Assembly: GCF_007741515.1 (NCBI RefSeq)
Contig: NZ_CP036263.1
Span: forward strand, 3,023,178-3,087,177
Direction of reading: 5' to 3'
Length of the DNA: 64,000 nucleotides
Source: Adhaeretor mobilis
Lineage (GTDB): Bacteria > Planctomycetota > Planctomycetia > Pirellulales > Lacipirellulaceae
Numbering within the stretch: position 1 is the stretch's first letter; each line of letters begins with the position of its first letter. The notes beneath the pieces are model-generated. The model saw only the letters and a program-made list of their open reading frames with translations. It ran no database searches and was not told the DNA's origin. Below are positions 31,361-37,785 of the stretch, one piece after another. A program made the position numbers and the translations under genes.

Positions 31361-31448
31361 ATTCGTTGATAGCTTGATTCTGCAGGAGATTATACTGCAA
31401 ATTGAAAAACCGGAGGCCAAGATCACTCCCGGCCTCCGGCGTTCACTA

Positions 31449-32699
31449 CTACAACAGGTTGACGACCCGATCGGCCAGGCCCTTTTCGCCTAGCACGACG
31501 TTGAGGTTACCAGTTGTGGCAACCCGCTCCAAAACTTCCAGTTCTCGGAGTCGCATGAGGGTCGGGTTGTCGGCCAGTAGCTTGGCAGTGTTTGCCTGGC
31601 TACGCATAGCCGCCGTCTCCTCACGTCGGAAAATCAGGTTCGCCTCAGCCGCCTTCTTGGCTTCGGTGACCTTGTTCATCAGGTCCTTCATGTCGCCCGG
31701 CAGGATGACATCTCGGACACCTACCGAAACAACTTCCAGACCCAATTCACCCGCACGCTGGCGGACCTGCTCCTCGAATTCGTTAGTAACGGCATCCTTA
31801 TCCGTCAGGAACGAATCCAAATCACGAGTACCAACCACGGCACGCAAAGCCAACTGTGCCTCACGGTAAAGCGACTGCTTTGCGCCGTCGGTAACGGTTA
31901 CGGCCTTACGCGCATCGATGATGCGGTAAGTGACCAGCGCGTTCATACGCAGGGTGACCTTGTCGGCGGTCATGATTTCCTGACCCGCCACATCCAAAGC
32001 CTGCTCACGCATGTCGACTTCGACAACCTTCGAATCAGCCACGTTCTTCCAAAACGCGTACTGACCTGGGGCCAATGTCTCTACGTAGTCGCCGTCCTGG
32101 AACGACACACCGACGTGGTTTCGCTCAACCGAGCAGATGTCTAGCATCTGTTCAGCATAAGGTGACCGGACAATCGTCTTCAGATCACCATGCTGCAAAC
32201 GAACTTCGCGGGCGTCGATCACTTCAATACGTACGTCCTTAAAGCCCGTCCAGTAGGCGCATAGCCCTGGTGGCAACACGTGTGTGAAACGACCTTCAAT
32301 CCAGACTAGTGCGCGCTCGTAGTCCTTCAGGTCAACGACCTCAGCAACATCCGTGAGTGCACCACTCTTGACGATCACATCGAGCTTGTCGTGCGTGATC
32401 AATGGTTCTCGCTGTGAGACCACGTCGACGCGGACCTTCCACAGCGGATCGAACAACCTGTACCGACCCTTGGTCAGCAATCGCTGGAATTCACCGTCGC
32501 GGAAGTACAAACCGACTCCATAGCTGCGAATCTTTACTCTCTTAAACAACATGAGGTTGCACCTCCTTTCTTGCCGAATTGCTACATTGTTGGAAGTGGG
32601 GTGTTCGGCTCGCCACGCACTTCTTAGTAAATCTATGTACAGGGAGTTGAAGACTATTGATTTATGTTCTTGGTTCGCAATAGCGTGAAATAAAAACAC
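31449..32699 (-). CDS. SPFH/band-7 (stomatin/HflC-like) protein with two N-terminal beta-repeat modules
   Basis: TADKVTLRMNALVTYRIIDARKAV...DVILPGDMKDLMNKVTEAKKAAEA. Confidence 0.7.
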   Translation of the reverse strand: MFLFHAIANQEHKSIVFNSLYIDLLRSAWRAEHPTSNNVAIRQERRCNLMLFKRVKIRSYGVGLYFRDGEFQRLLTKGRYRLFDPLWKVRVDVVSQREPLITHDKLDVIVKSGALTDVAEVVDLKDYERALVWIEGRFTHVLPPGLCAYWTGFKDVRIEVIDAREVRLQHGDLKTIVRSPYAEQMLDICSVERNHVGVSFQDGDYVETLAPGQYAFWKNVADSKVVEVDMREQALDVAGQEIMTADKVTLRMNALVTYRIIDARKAVTVTDGAKQSLYREAQLALRAVVGTRDLDSFLTDKDAVTNEFEEQVRQRAGELGLEVVSVGVRDVILPGDMKDLMNKVTEAKKAAEANLIFRREETAAMRSQANTAKLLADNPTLMRLRELEVLERVATTGNLNVVLGEKGLADRVVNLL

Positions 32700-33037
32700 C
32701 CTCGGGCAGCGGAACGAATCACTTAGTCACACATCCGCACGCGGAGTGCAATTTGAGCGGTCATGTTCGCAGCATCTTTCAGTTGCTTTCACCAGTGAGG
32801 CCGTTACGAGCATTGCTCGTTAGGCGACACGTAGCTTCCGCAACCTTCGGACACAGCGTGCGTGAAAGCGGTATCCACACACTGCATAGCGCCGGTCTGT
32901 GCTGTCGCTACGCTATCGTCTTACCGAAGTAAGTACGACAACGCGCGGCTGACCAAACAACCGTTCGCTACCCTCGGGCTTCATGGTGACGCTTTCGCGC
33001 CGGTTCCCTTGCATAGGGGAGCAGGTTTACAGCCTGC

Positions 33038-33110
33038 GGCTTGGTACGGGAATCGAACCCGCGACTTCCAGAGTCATGGTCTGGTGCTCTACCCACTGAG
33101 CTAACCAATG
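33038..33110 (-). tRNA. tRNA-like, 73 nt; good D and T arms, anticodon loop CCATGAC (non-canonical C33), isotype unresolved
   Basis: minus-strand TAGCTCAGTGGGTAGAGC D-arm, GCGGG-TTCGATT-CCCGT T-arm; positions 1-72 and 2-71 mispaired. Confidence 0.4.
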
Positions 33111-33232
33111 GTGGTCTTGCCTCGCCTTCGTAATAATCCAATCACGGAACACATCACACCGACCACTAACGTAGGGTGCAATGCGCCGCTGGCCCAGCGA
33201 CGACAAATCCTTGCTTAAAAGTTCTTGCTAAG

Positions 33233-33303
33233 AGACGCCGGTGGGAGTCGAACCCACTTCAACCGGGTTGCAGCCGGTGGCCTAGCCGTCTGGCTCCAGC
33301 GTC
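33233..33303 (-). tRNA. tRNA-Cys (GCA)
   Basis: acceptor GACGCTG/CGGCGTC, anticodon stem-loop ACCGG-CTGCAAC-CCGGT, T-arm GTGGG-TTCGACT-CCCAC. Confidence 0.7.
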
Positions 33304-33312
33304 TTTCTTAAG

Positions 33313-33384
33313 TAGCCCATCCAGGAGTTGAACCTGGCCCTCGACCTTCGCAGGGTCGCGTGCAATCCACCACACTCACAGGCT
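33313..33384 (-). tRNA. tRNA-Arg (GCG), tentative anticodon
   Basis: anticodon arm CGACC-CTGCGAA-GGTCG; T-arm CCAGG-TTCAACT-CCTGG. Confidence 0.5.
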
Positions 33385-33389
33385 ATAAG

Positions 33390-33461
33390 TACCGTGTCAG
33401 GGAATCGAACCCCGTCCCGCAGTTTCGAAGACTGCGATGCTATCCAGCACACCCACACGGC
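33390..33461 (-). tRNA. tRNA-Arg (TCG)
   Basis: GCAGT-CTTCGAA-ACTGC; T-arm CGGGG-TTCGATT-CCCTG; only 5 nt from the previous gene. Confidence 0.6.
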
Positions 33462-33469
33462 ATGTTTAG

Positions 33470-33541
33470 TATCTCGACCTGGAATCGAACCAAAACTTGG
33501 ACTTTAGGAGAGTCCTGTGCGATCCGTTACACCATCGAGAT
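33470..33541 (-). tRNA. tRNA-Arg (CCT)
   Basis: perfect acceptor ATCTCGA/TCGAGAT; GGACT-CTCCTAA-AGTCC. Confidence 0.65.
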
Positions 33542-33545
33542 ATGG

Positions 33546-33633
33546 GGCCGACGACTGGATTCGCACCAGCATCAACCGCCGCTCTTTCAATGAACGGGGC
33601 AAAACCGGTGCCTAGCTATTCGGCCACGTCGGC
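33546..33633 (-). tRNA. aberrant 88-nt tRNA-like: canonical acceptor, D and T arms, Ser(TGA)-like anticodon arm CGTTC-ATTGAAA-GAGCG, plus a 13-nt extra hairpin between D and anticodon arms
   Basis: acceptor GCCGACG/CGTCGGC perfect; T-loop TGCGAAT. Confidence 0.35.
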
Positions 33634-33637
33634 AAAG

Positions 33638-33707
33638 CACGAGTGCAAGGATTCGAACCCTGTCCGTCAGTTTTGGAGGCTGACTGCTCTCCCAGGAGCA
33701 CACTCGT
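33638..33707 (-). tRNA. tRNA-like, 70 nt, 9-nt anticodon loop (CCTCCAAAA); isotype unresolved
   Basis: acceptor ACGAGTG/CACTCGT perfect; T-arm CAGGG-TTCGAAT-CCTTG. Confidence 0.35.
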
Positions 33708-33713
33708 ATTGAG

Positions 33714-33787
33714 GGTATCCAATGGGAGTCGAACCCATACTTCCTGCTTCACAGGCAGGCGTGCGTACCACGTACACTACAGACACC
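33714..33787 (-). tRNA. tRNA-His (GTG) with encoded G-1
   Basis: G-1 opposite C73; CCTGC-CTGTGAA-GCAGG; T-arm ATGGG-TTCGACT-CCCAT. Confidence 0.6.
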
Positions 33788-33796
33788 ATATATAAG

Positions 33797-33868
33797 TAGC
33801 TCGACCAGGATTCGAACCTGGAACCTCTCGTTAGAAGCGAGACATGATGTCCGTTTCACCATCGAGCC
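33797..33868 (-). tRNA. tRNA-Arg (TCT)
   Basis: TCTCG-CTTCTAA-CGAGA; T-arm CCAGG-TTCGAAT-CCTGG. Confidence 0.65.
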
Positions 33869-33890
33869 ATTTCATAGAATCAACTTCCAG

Positions 33891-33979
33891 CGGAAGGCAT
33901 GGGATTTGAACCCACATGACCTTTGTAAAGTCGCACGGTTTAGCAAACCGGCCCGGCGAGCCGTATAGGGCTACCTTCC
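33891..33979 (-). tRNA. tRNA-Ser (GCT), type II with long variable arm
   Basis: anticodon loop TTGCTAA; variable hairpin GACTTT-ACA-AAGGTC; T-arm GTGGG-TTCAAAT-CCCAT. Confidence 0.55.
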
Positions 33980-33990
33980 ATCTTTTTCAG

Positions 33991-34077
33991 TGGACCCACT
34001 GGGAATCGAACCCAGCCAGGTCCCTAGAGAATTGGCCAGCCTGCCGAGCTGGTGTCTTCCCTTTTGACCATGAGCCC
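33991..34077 (-). tRNA. type-II-length tRNA-like (87 nt), anticodon loop TCGGCAG (C33), isotype unresolved
   Basis: acceptor GGGCTCA/TGGGTCC (two G-U); T-arm CTGGG-TTCGATT-CCCAG. Confidence 0.35.
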
Positions 34078-34082
34078 TAAAG

Positions 34083-34153
34083 TGGAGCGTCGGGGAATCG
34101 AACCCCGATTGCCTGGGTGCAAGCCAAGCGTCTTCCCGTTGGACCAACGCCCC
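34083..34153 (-). tRNA. tRNA-Ala (TGC)
   Basis: G3-U70 identity pair; CTTGG-CTTGCAC-CCAGG; T-arm CGGGG-TTCGATT-CCCCG. Confidence 0.7.
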
Positions 34154-34169
34154 ATTAGTTTTCCTAAAT

Positions 34170-34240
34170 AGGTCCGTCCGGGAATTGAACCCGGTCCTCG
34201 TCCTTACCACAGACGTGTGCCGCCGAAACACTTACAGACC
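34170..34240 (-). tRNA. tRNA-Thr (GGT)
   Basis: CGTCT-GTGGTAA-GGACG; T-arm CCGGG-TTCAATT-CCCGG. Confidence 0.6.
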
Positions 34241-34250
34241 AATCATCAAG

Positions 34251-34323
34251 TGATCCCGGATGGAGTCGAACCATCGCTTTCCTGGTTGTCATCCAGGCGT
34301 CTTAGCCGTTGGACCACGGGATC
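34251..34323 (-). tRNA. tRNA-Val (GAC)
   Basis: perfect acceptor GATCCCG/CGGGATC; CCTGG-ATGACAA-CCAGG. Confidence 0.7.
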
Positions 34324-34329
34324 ATTAAG

Positions 34330-34405
34330 TGACTAGGGTGGGAGTCGAACCCACAAAATCATCAGACTCTCGACCTGATCGCTTTGCCAGTTTGCGTACC
34401 CAGTC
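34330..34405 (-). tRNA. class-I tRNA-like with Leu-type anticodon region (TCAGG-TCGAGAG-TCTGA, GAG?); D-arm CGC-AAACTGGCAAA-GCG shared with 35215..35293
   Basis: T-arm GTGGG-TTCGACT-CCCAC; no long variable arm. Confidence 0.35.
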
Positions 34406-34428
34406 ATTTTTTTTGTTGTTCTCCCTTA

Positions 34429-34926
34429 ATGAACGAAAACAAAATCGCATTGACCCAGGCGGATCTTATCCCGCTTGAAGACTTCGAATTGTGCTGGCGG
34501 TGGAGAGACCCGCAATACATACTCCTTGCGGACGAAGAACTATCCGAAATCACTCCTCTATGTCCAACTGCGGCGCAAAAGGTCTACTCTGTTGCGAGAT
34601 CGTTTACCCTCGACTCTTCCTTTCGTTTGTCGTCGTCTCTCTTTCGAGAATGTGTTGATTGCGACACTTCTGGCGAGCCCAGCGACGGGCGAAAGTGGCT
34701 CGAAAGAGTCACACGATCATTTGATCCTTCACTGGACATTGTTGTAACGTGGAGCGAGGAACTTGCTGTCGCAACGAAGTTGTGGCTGTTCGTGAAATAC
34801 TGGGACGACTTTTGCTACCCGATGTCGGATGACACTACGGTGTTTCCAAGTGAATTAAAGTGGGCAATTCAGTATTGGCACGAAGAACATCTTTACTTTG
34901 GCAAATACGTTCGACAGTCAGATTGA
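34429..34926 (+). CDS. hypothetical protein (166 aa from MNENKIAL) embedded in the tRNA array on the opposite strand
   Basis: ORF only; Trp/Cys-rich; fills the one gap in the array. Confidence 0.35.
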   Translation: MNENKIALTQADLIPLEDFELCWRWRDPQYILLADEELSEITPLCPTAAQKVYSVARSFTLDSSFRLSSSLFRECVDCDTSGEPSDGRKWLERVTRSFDPSLDIVVTWSEELAVATKLWLFVKYWDDFCYPMSDDTTVFPSELKWAIQYWHEEHLYFGKYVRQSD

Positions 34927-34951
34927 TCGCAATCTAACTCATTCATATAAA

Positions 34952-35021
34952 GTTGCGGCATCGGGGGTCGCACCCGACGATCCAGGCTTATGAGGCCCGG
35001 TTGAGCACTGGCTCACCCGCG
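34952..35021 (-). tRNA. tRNA-Met (CAT)-like, probably degenerate
   Basis: canonical anticodon arm CGGGC-CTCATAA-GCCTG, but T-loop TGCGACC and an acceptor stem that does not close. Confidence 0.3.
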
Positions 35022-35033
35022 CTAGTTTTCTTA

Positions 35034-35105
35034 GTAGCCCGTACGGGATTCGAACCCGTGCCGCGAGATTGAGGGTCTCGCATCCTGCCGCTAGACCAAC
35101 GGGCC
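35034..35105 (-). tRNA. tRNA-Glu (CTC), tentative (C33)
   Basis: CGAGA-CCCTCAA-TCTCG; T-arm ACGGG-TTCGAAT-CCCGT. Confidence 0.45.
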
Positions 35106-35117
35106 ATGTTGCTTTCA

Positions 35118-35199
35118 GTGCGCCGGGCAGGAGTTGAACCTGCAAAGCTCGAAAGCGGGTGGGTTACAGCCACTTGGGCTCGCCAATGCCCAGCCGACG
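35118..35199 (-). tRNA. tRNA-Tyr (GTA), type II
   Basis: D-stem GGGC/GCCC, loop CTGTAAC, variable hairpin GCT-TTCG-AGC, T-arm GCAGG-TTCAACT-CCTGC. Confidence 0.6.
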
Positions 35200-35214
35200 C
35201 ATGTCTTTCATCAA

Positions 35215-35293
35215 GTAGCACGGGTGGGAGTCGAACCCACAAACAGTCACGAAGGTTTGAGCTTCGTCGCTTTGCCAGTTTGCGTACCGCGCC
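35215..35293 (-). tRNA. class-I tRNA-like with CAA anticodon (CGAAG-CTCAAAC-CTTCG); paralog of 34330..34405
   Basis: identical D-arm TACGCAAACTGGCAAAGCG and T-arm GTGGGTTCGACTCCCAC. Confidence 0.35.
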
Positions 35294-35300
35294 TTAGTAA

Positions 35301-35375
35301 GCGTCCCCGATGGGATTTGAACCCACGACCTCCTGCGTGACAGGCAGGCGAGCACTCCAAGCTGCTCCACGAGGA
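35301..35375 (-). tRNA. tRNA-Asp (GTC)
   Basis: CCTGC-CTGTCAC-GCAGG; T-arm GTGGG-TTCAAAT-CCCAT. Confidence 0.65.
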
Positions 35376-35391
35376 CAGAGTTTTTGTTGCA

Positions 35392-35465
35392 GTAGCCCAG
35401 GTGGGACTCGAACCCACAGCATCCCTGGTTCTAAGCCAAGGTGGTCTGCCAATTGCCTACCGGGC
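35392..35465 (-). tRNA. class-I tRNA-like with TAG (Leu-type) anticodon, poorly formed D-arm
   Basis: CTTGG-CTTAGAA-CCAGG; T-arm GTGGG-TTCGAGT-CCCAC. Confidence 0.35.
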
Positions 35466-35481
35466 CATTCTTATTTATGAA

Positions 35482-35554
35482 GTAGTCCTGGGTGGACTCG
35501 AACCACCGATTGCCTTCTTGTAAGGAAGATGCCTTAGCCGCTAGACCACAGGAC
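35482..35554 (-). tRNA. tRNA-Val (TAC)
   Basis: TCTTC-CTTACAA-GAAGG; T-arm GGTGG-TTCGAGT-CCACC. Confidence 0.65.
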
Positions 35555-35560
35555 CATGTA

Positions 35561-35645
35561 GCGGAAGTCGAGGGACTCGAACCCCCAAGTCGCCGGGGCG
35601 ACCAACTGTTTTCAAGACAGTCTCCTCATCCGGCCGGATGACTTC
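35561..35645 (-). tRNA. tRNA-Ser (TGA), type II
   Basis: perfect acceptor GGAAGTC/GACTTCC; ACTGT-CTTGAAA-ACAGT; variable hairpin GGTCGCC/GGCGACT. Confidence 0.65.
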
Positions 35646-35650
35646 CGTTA

Positions 35651-35722
35651 GCTGCGGGAGTTGGACTCGAACCAACATCAGAGCGTTCAGAGCGCCCCGT
35701 CCTACCGTTGAACGACCCCGCA
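35651..35722 (-). tRNA. tRNA-Gln (CTG)
   Basis: U1-A72; GGGCG-CTCTGAA-CGCTC; T-arm GTTGG-TTCGAGT-CCAAC. Confidence 0.65.
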
Positions 35723-35737
35723 TAATTTGTGTTGCTA

Positions 35738-35813
35738 GTTCCGGGGGTAGGAATCGAACCTACGGACTCCTGCTTCAAAGGCAGGCATCACTACCAGCAG
35801 CGACGACCCCGGA
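35738..35813 (-). tRNA. tRNA-Gln (TTG)
   Basis: U1-A72, perfect acceptor TCCGGGG/CCCCGGA; CCTGC-CTTTGAA-GCAGG. Confidence 0.65.
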
Positions 35814-35834
35814 ATGAATTCGTTCACTTCGAAA

Positions 35835-35906
35835 GAGTGCCCTGTGGGAGTCGAACCCACCTCGCCAGCTTGGAAGGCTGGAACCTTTACCGCTCGGCCA
35901 AGGGCA
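35835..35906 (-). tRNA. tRNA-Gly (TCC)
   Basis: perfect acceptor GTGCCCT/AGGGCAC; CCAGC-CTTCCAA-GCTGG. Confidence 0.7.
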
Positions 35907-35912
35907 CGCATA

Positions 35913-35987
35913 GCTGCGGAGGCAGGGATCGAACCTGCGTCTAAGCGATTAACAGTCGCCCTCCCGTACCAGCACAGGACCCACCGC
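35913..35987 (-). tRNA. tRNA-Asn (GTT)
   Basis: GGCGA-CTGTTAA-TCGCT; T-arm GCAGG-TTCGATC-CCTGC; one acceptor mismatch (6-67). Confidence 0.55.
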
Positions 35988-35995
35988 ATCAACTA

Positions 35996-36088
35996 GTCAG
36001 GACGGCTGGATTCGAACCAGCGATCCCCTGCTTCCAAAGCAGGCCCAGCGTTTCCTTGTGAAATTGGGACCAAGCTATCCCACGTCCT
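35996..36088 (-). tRNA. aberrant 93-nt tRNA-Pro (TGG)-like with a 22-nt insertion between D and anticodon arms
   Basis: perfect acceptor CAGGACG/CGTCCTG, D-stem GGGA/TCCC, CCTGC-TTTGGAA-GCAGG, T-arm GCTGG-TTCGAAT-CCAGC; a canonical 74-nt tRNA-Pro(TGG) is also present at 37003..37076. Confidence 0.4.
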
Positions 36089-36093
36089 GAAAA

Positions 36094-36164
36094 ATGCGCC
36101 CAGCCGGAATCGAACCGACACATCCTGCATGGCAAGCAGGAAGGCTGCCACTACATCATGGGCG
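36094..36164 (-). tRNA. tRNA-Gly (GCC)
   Basis: perfect acceptor GCGCCCA/TGGGCGC; CCTGC-TTGCCAT-GCAGG. Confidence 0.6.
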
Positions 36165-36219
36165 CAAGCTATTGCTAACCAAATTGTCAAAGATCGGGAA
36201 CGCATCGACGTTCCATGAG

Positions 36220-36289
36220 CACCGGGTCGGACTCTCTCGCGACGTCGCCGCTGTACGAGAGCGGAGTCTTGGCCGCTAGACGACCAGTG
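36220..36289 (-). pseudogene. pseudo-tRNA, Thr(CGT)-like, with a destroyed T-arm
   Basis: acceptor GCACTGG/CCGGTGC closes, D-arm GTCTAGCGGCCAAGAC, CCGCT-CTCGTAC-AGCGG, but the T-arm is replaced by GTCGCGAGAGAGTCCGAC. Confidence 0.35.
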
Positions 36290-36316
36290 CTTTACTATCA
36301 ACATGTTTTGCTGAGT

Positions 36317-36553
36317 ATGCTCAATTCACGTATACTTCGAGTTATGTGGAAAATTGGTCTAATTGCATTTCTCACCCTCAGCTTTATTGCCATCGCAGGT
36401 ACCGAATTCCTTCGCTCCCACGTTCGCCGTATTCGAGAGCGAGATCACCCAGTTACAGGAACTCAAGGTATTGCCATGTGGGGATCTCTAATCACGGGGA
36501 TATGCCTCTTAGGAACTTTCGTTTGTGGCATCATGGCTTGGTTATCAAGCTAA
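36317..36553 (+). CDS. small hypothetical 2-TM membrane protein (start trimmed; the upstream part of the ORF overlaps the pseudo-tRNA)
   Basis: MWKIGLIAFLTLSFIAIAG ... SLITGICLLGTFVCGIMAWL. Confidence 0.25.
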   Translation: MLNSRILRVMWKIGLIAFLTLSFIAIAGTEFLRSHVRRIRERDHPVTGTQGIAMWGSLITGICLLGTFVCGIMAWLSS

Positions 36554-36574
36554 GTAGCCAAAATAGTAATCAGT

Positions 36575-36640
36575 GGGACCAGAGGGACTCGAACCCTCAC
36601 CCCGCCGGTTAAGAGCCGCCCCGACTCCTGGGTAAATGGG
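36575..36640 (-). pseudogene. tRNA fragment (anticodon-arm-like CTCTTAA loop plus T-arm GAGGG-TTCGAGT-CCCTC) with no matching 5-prime acceptor strand
   Basis: manual folding; acceptor cannot be closed. Confidence 0.25.
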
Positions 36641-36679
36641 CTGCCGCTAACACCTCAGTCCCAAGTTTTCATTCATCAA

Positions 36680-36752
36680 TTGGCGTGGAAGGAATTGAAC
36701 CTTCGGCCCGCGACTTATAAGGTCGCCGCTCTCACCACTGAGCTACACGCCA
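36680..36752 (-). tRNA. tRNA-Ile (TAT)
   Basis: D-arm GCTC-AGTGGTGA-GAGC, GCGAC-CTTATAA-GTCGC, T-arm GAAGG-TTCAATT-CCTTC. Confidence 0.6.
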
Positions 36753-36756
36753 GTAG

Positions 36757-36829
36757 TCGGGCCGGAGGGATTCGAACCCACACCCACCTGATTAAAAGTC
36801 AGGGATGCTTCCGTTACACCACAACCCGA
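36757..36829 (-). tRNA. tRNA-Lys (TTT)
   Basis: CCTGA-CTTTTAA-TCAGG; T-arm GTGGG-TTCGAAT-CCCTC (one mismatch). Confidence 0.55.
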
Positions 36830-36904
36830 TAGTTGGTTGGGCATATCTGTTTACATCGCAGGACAGTTGACATCGTGTTTCTCCTTTCGATTCGTAGAAC
36901 GTTG

Positions 36905-36985
36905 AAAGTGGTAGCCCTGGGAATTGAACTCAGCGCAACTCGGTTATCAGCCGCCTATAACAATTGATGCTGGGGGCAATAAGCC
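36905..36985 (-). pseudogene. degenerate tRNA-like (GAT anticodon loop CTGATAA, weak stems, acceptor not closable)
   Basis: T-loop TTCAATT motif plus a terminal GGGGGCAATAAGCCC hairpin. Confidence 0.2.
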
Positions 36986-37002
36986 CTCGACTACCGTGTA
37001 AG

Positions 37003-37076
37003 TCAGAACGGTCGGACTCGAACCGACGATCTCTTGGTCCCAAACCAAGCGCGATGCCAAACTTCGCTACGTTCTG
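37003..37076 (-). tRNA. tRNA-Pro (TGG)
   Basis: perfect acceptor CAGAACG/CGTTCTG; CTTGG-TTTGGGA-CCAAG; T-arm GTCGG-TTCGAGT-CCGAC. Confidence 0.7.
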
Positions 37077-37083
37077 TTTTTAT

Positions 37084-37155
37084 TACCCCGTGAGGGAATC
37101 GAACCCTCATCTGCAGATTGAAAGCCTGCAATCCTTACCAATAGACCAACGGGGC
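37084..37155 (-). tRNA. tRNA-Glu (TTC)
   Basis: GCAGG-CTTTCAA-TCTGC; T-arm GAGGG-TTCGATT-CCCTC. Confidence 0.65.
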
Positions 37156-37380
37156 AAACAACTTAGCACACATGCCACGAAAGCATGTGAGCGCAAGGCG
37201 TTAGTAATCAAATCTCTATCTGCGTACCGGTAGCGCAAAGTGGGCTGGGAGGCGCTCGAATTCTCGTATGCGGTTCTTCAAACCGCCGCCCAGCTTTTGC
37301 AGGGAGACGGGGCATCTCAGCTACCAGCCCAAATTTGTTTTGGGGACCGCCTCTTTGATCGAGAGGAGCCAACAAAAAAA

Positions 37381-37412
37381 GCCCGGCGTCGCTATGACAC
37401 CGGGCCTTGTGG
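37381..37412 (-). terminator. rho-independent terminator downstream of rtcA (minus strand)
   Basis: plus-strand AAAAAAAGCCCGGCGTCGCTATGACACCGGGC = minus-strand GC-rich hairpin followed by a U-run. Confidence 0.5.
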
Positions 37413-37785
37413 CTCATCAAAGAGTAGGCCAAGTGTCATAATCGCCGCCCCATTGATTCAAAAGGGCCGCTGGCGAGCGCATATATGGGCTGTTCATTCA
37501 CCGGTTGGGCAAATGATTTATCAGCCGGCAAACATGCCGCCAGAGATCGGGCTATGAAACTTGGTCTTAAATGAATCATTTTGGTTACCTCTATCTAAAC
37601 CCAACTCTTAGGTCATTGGCCCATCAATGGAGCAATGTTTCGTTGGTCTCTCTATAAGAGTGTCAAATCGGCATTTGGTTCGTGCAAAATTCTCAAATTC
37701 TTCAAATCAACTTTGTGAAAGCATTCACGAGAGCTACTACATTTCACTACTGCCTTGCGCTCACTTGCCGTTTGGGCAAGTGTGC

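Noticed and set aside
33360-36612. Numerous 60-110-aa ORFs in the ORF track across the tRNA array (e.g. 33360..33593, 35134..35340, 35735..35992, 35993..36304)
   Set aside because: They overlap well-formed tRNA genes on either strand and merely translate through tRNA sequence. Not coding.
37240-37557. 105-aa plus-strand ORF and a GGCTGGG…CCCAGC tRNA-like hairpin at 37231-37285
   Set aside because: The stem-loops are too short for a tRNA (about 55 nt, with no D-arm or T-arm). The ORF overlaps the rtcA terminator region. Treated as a non-coding spacer.
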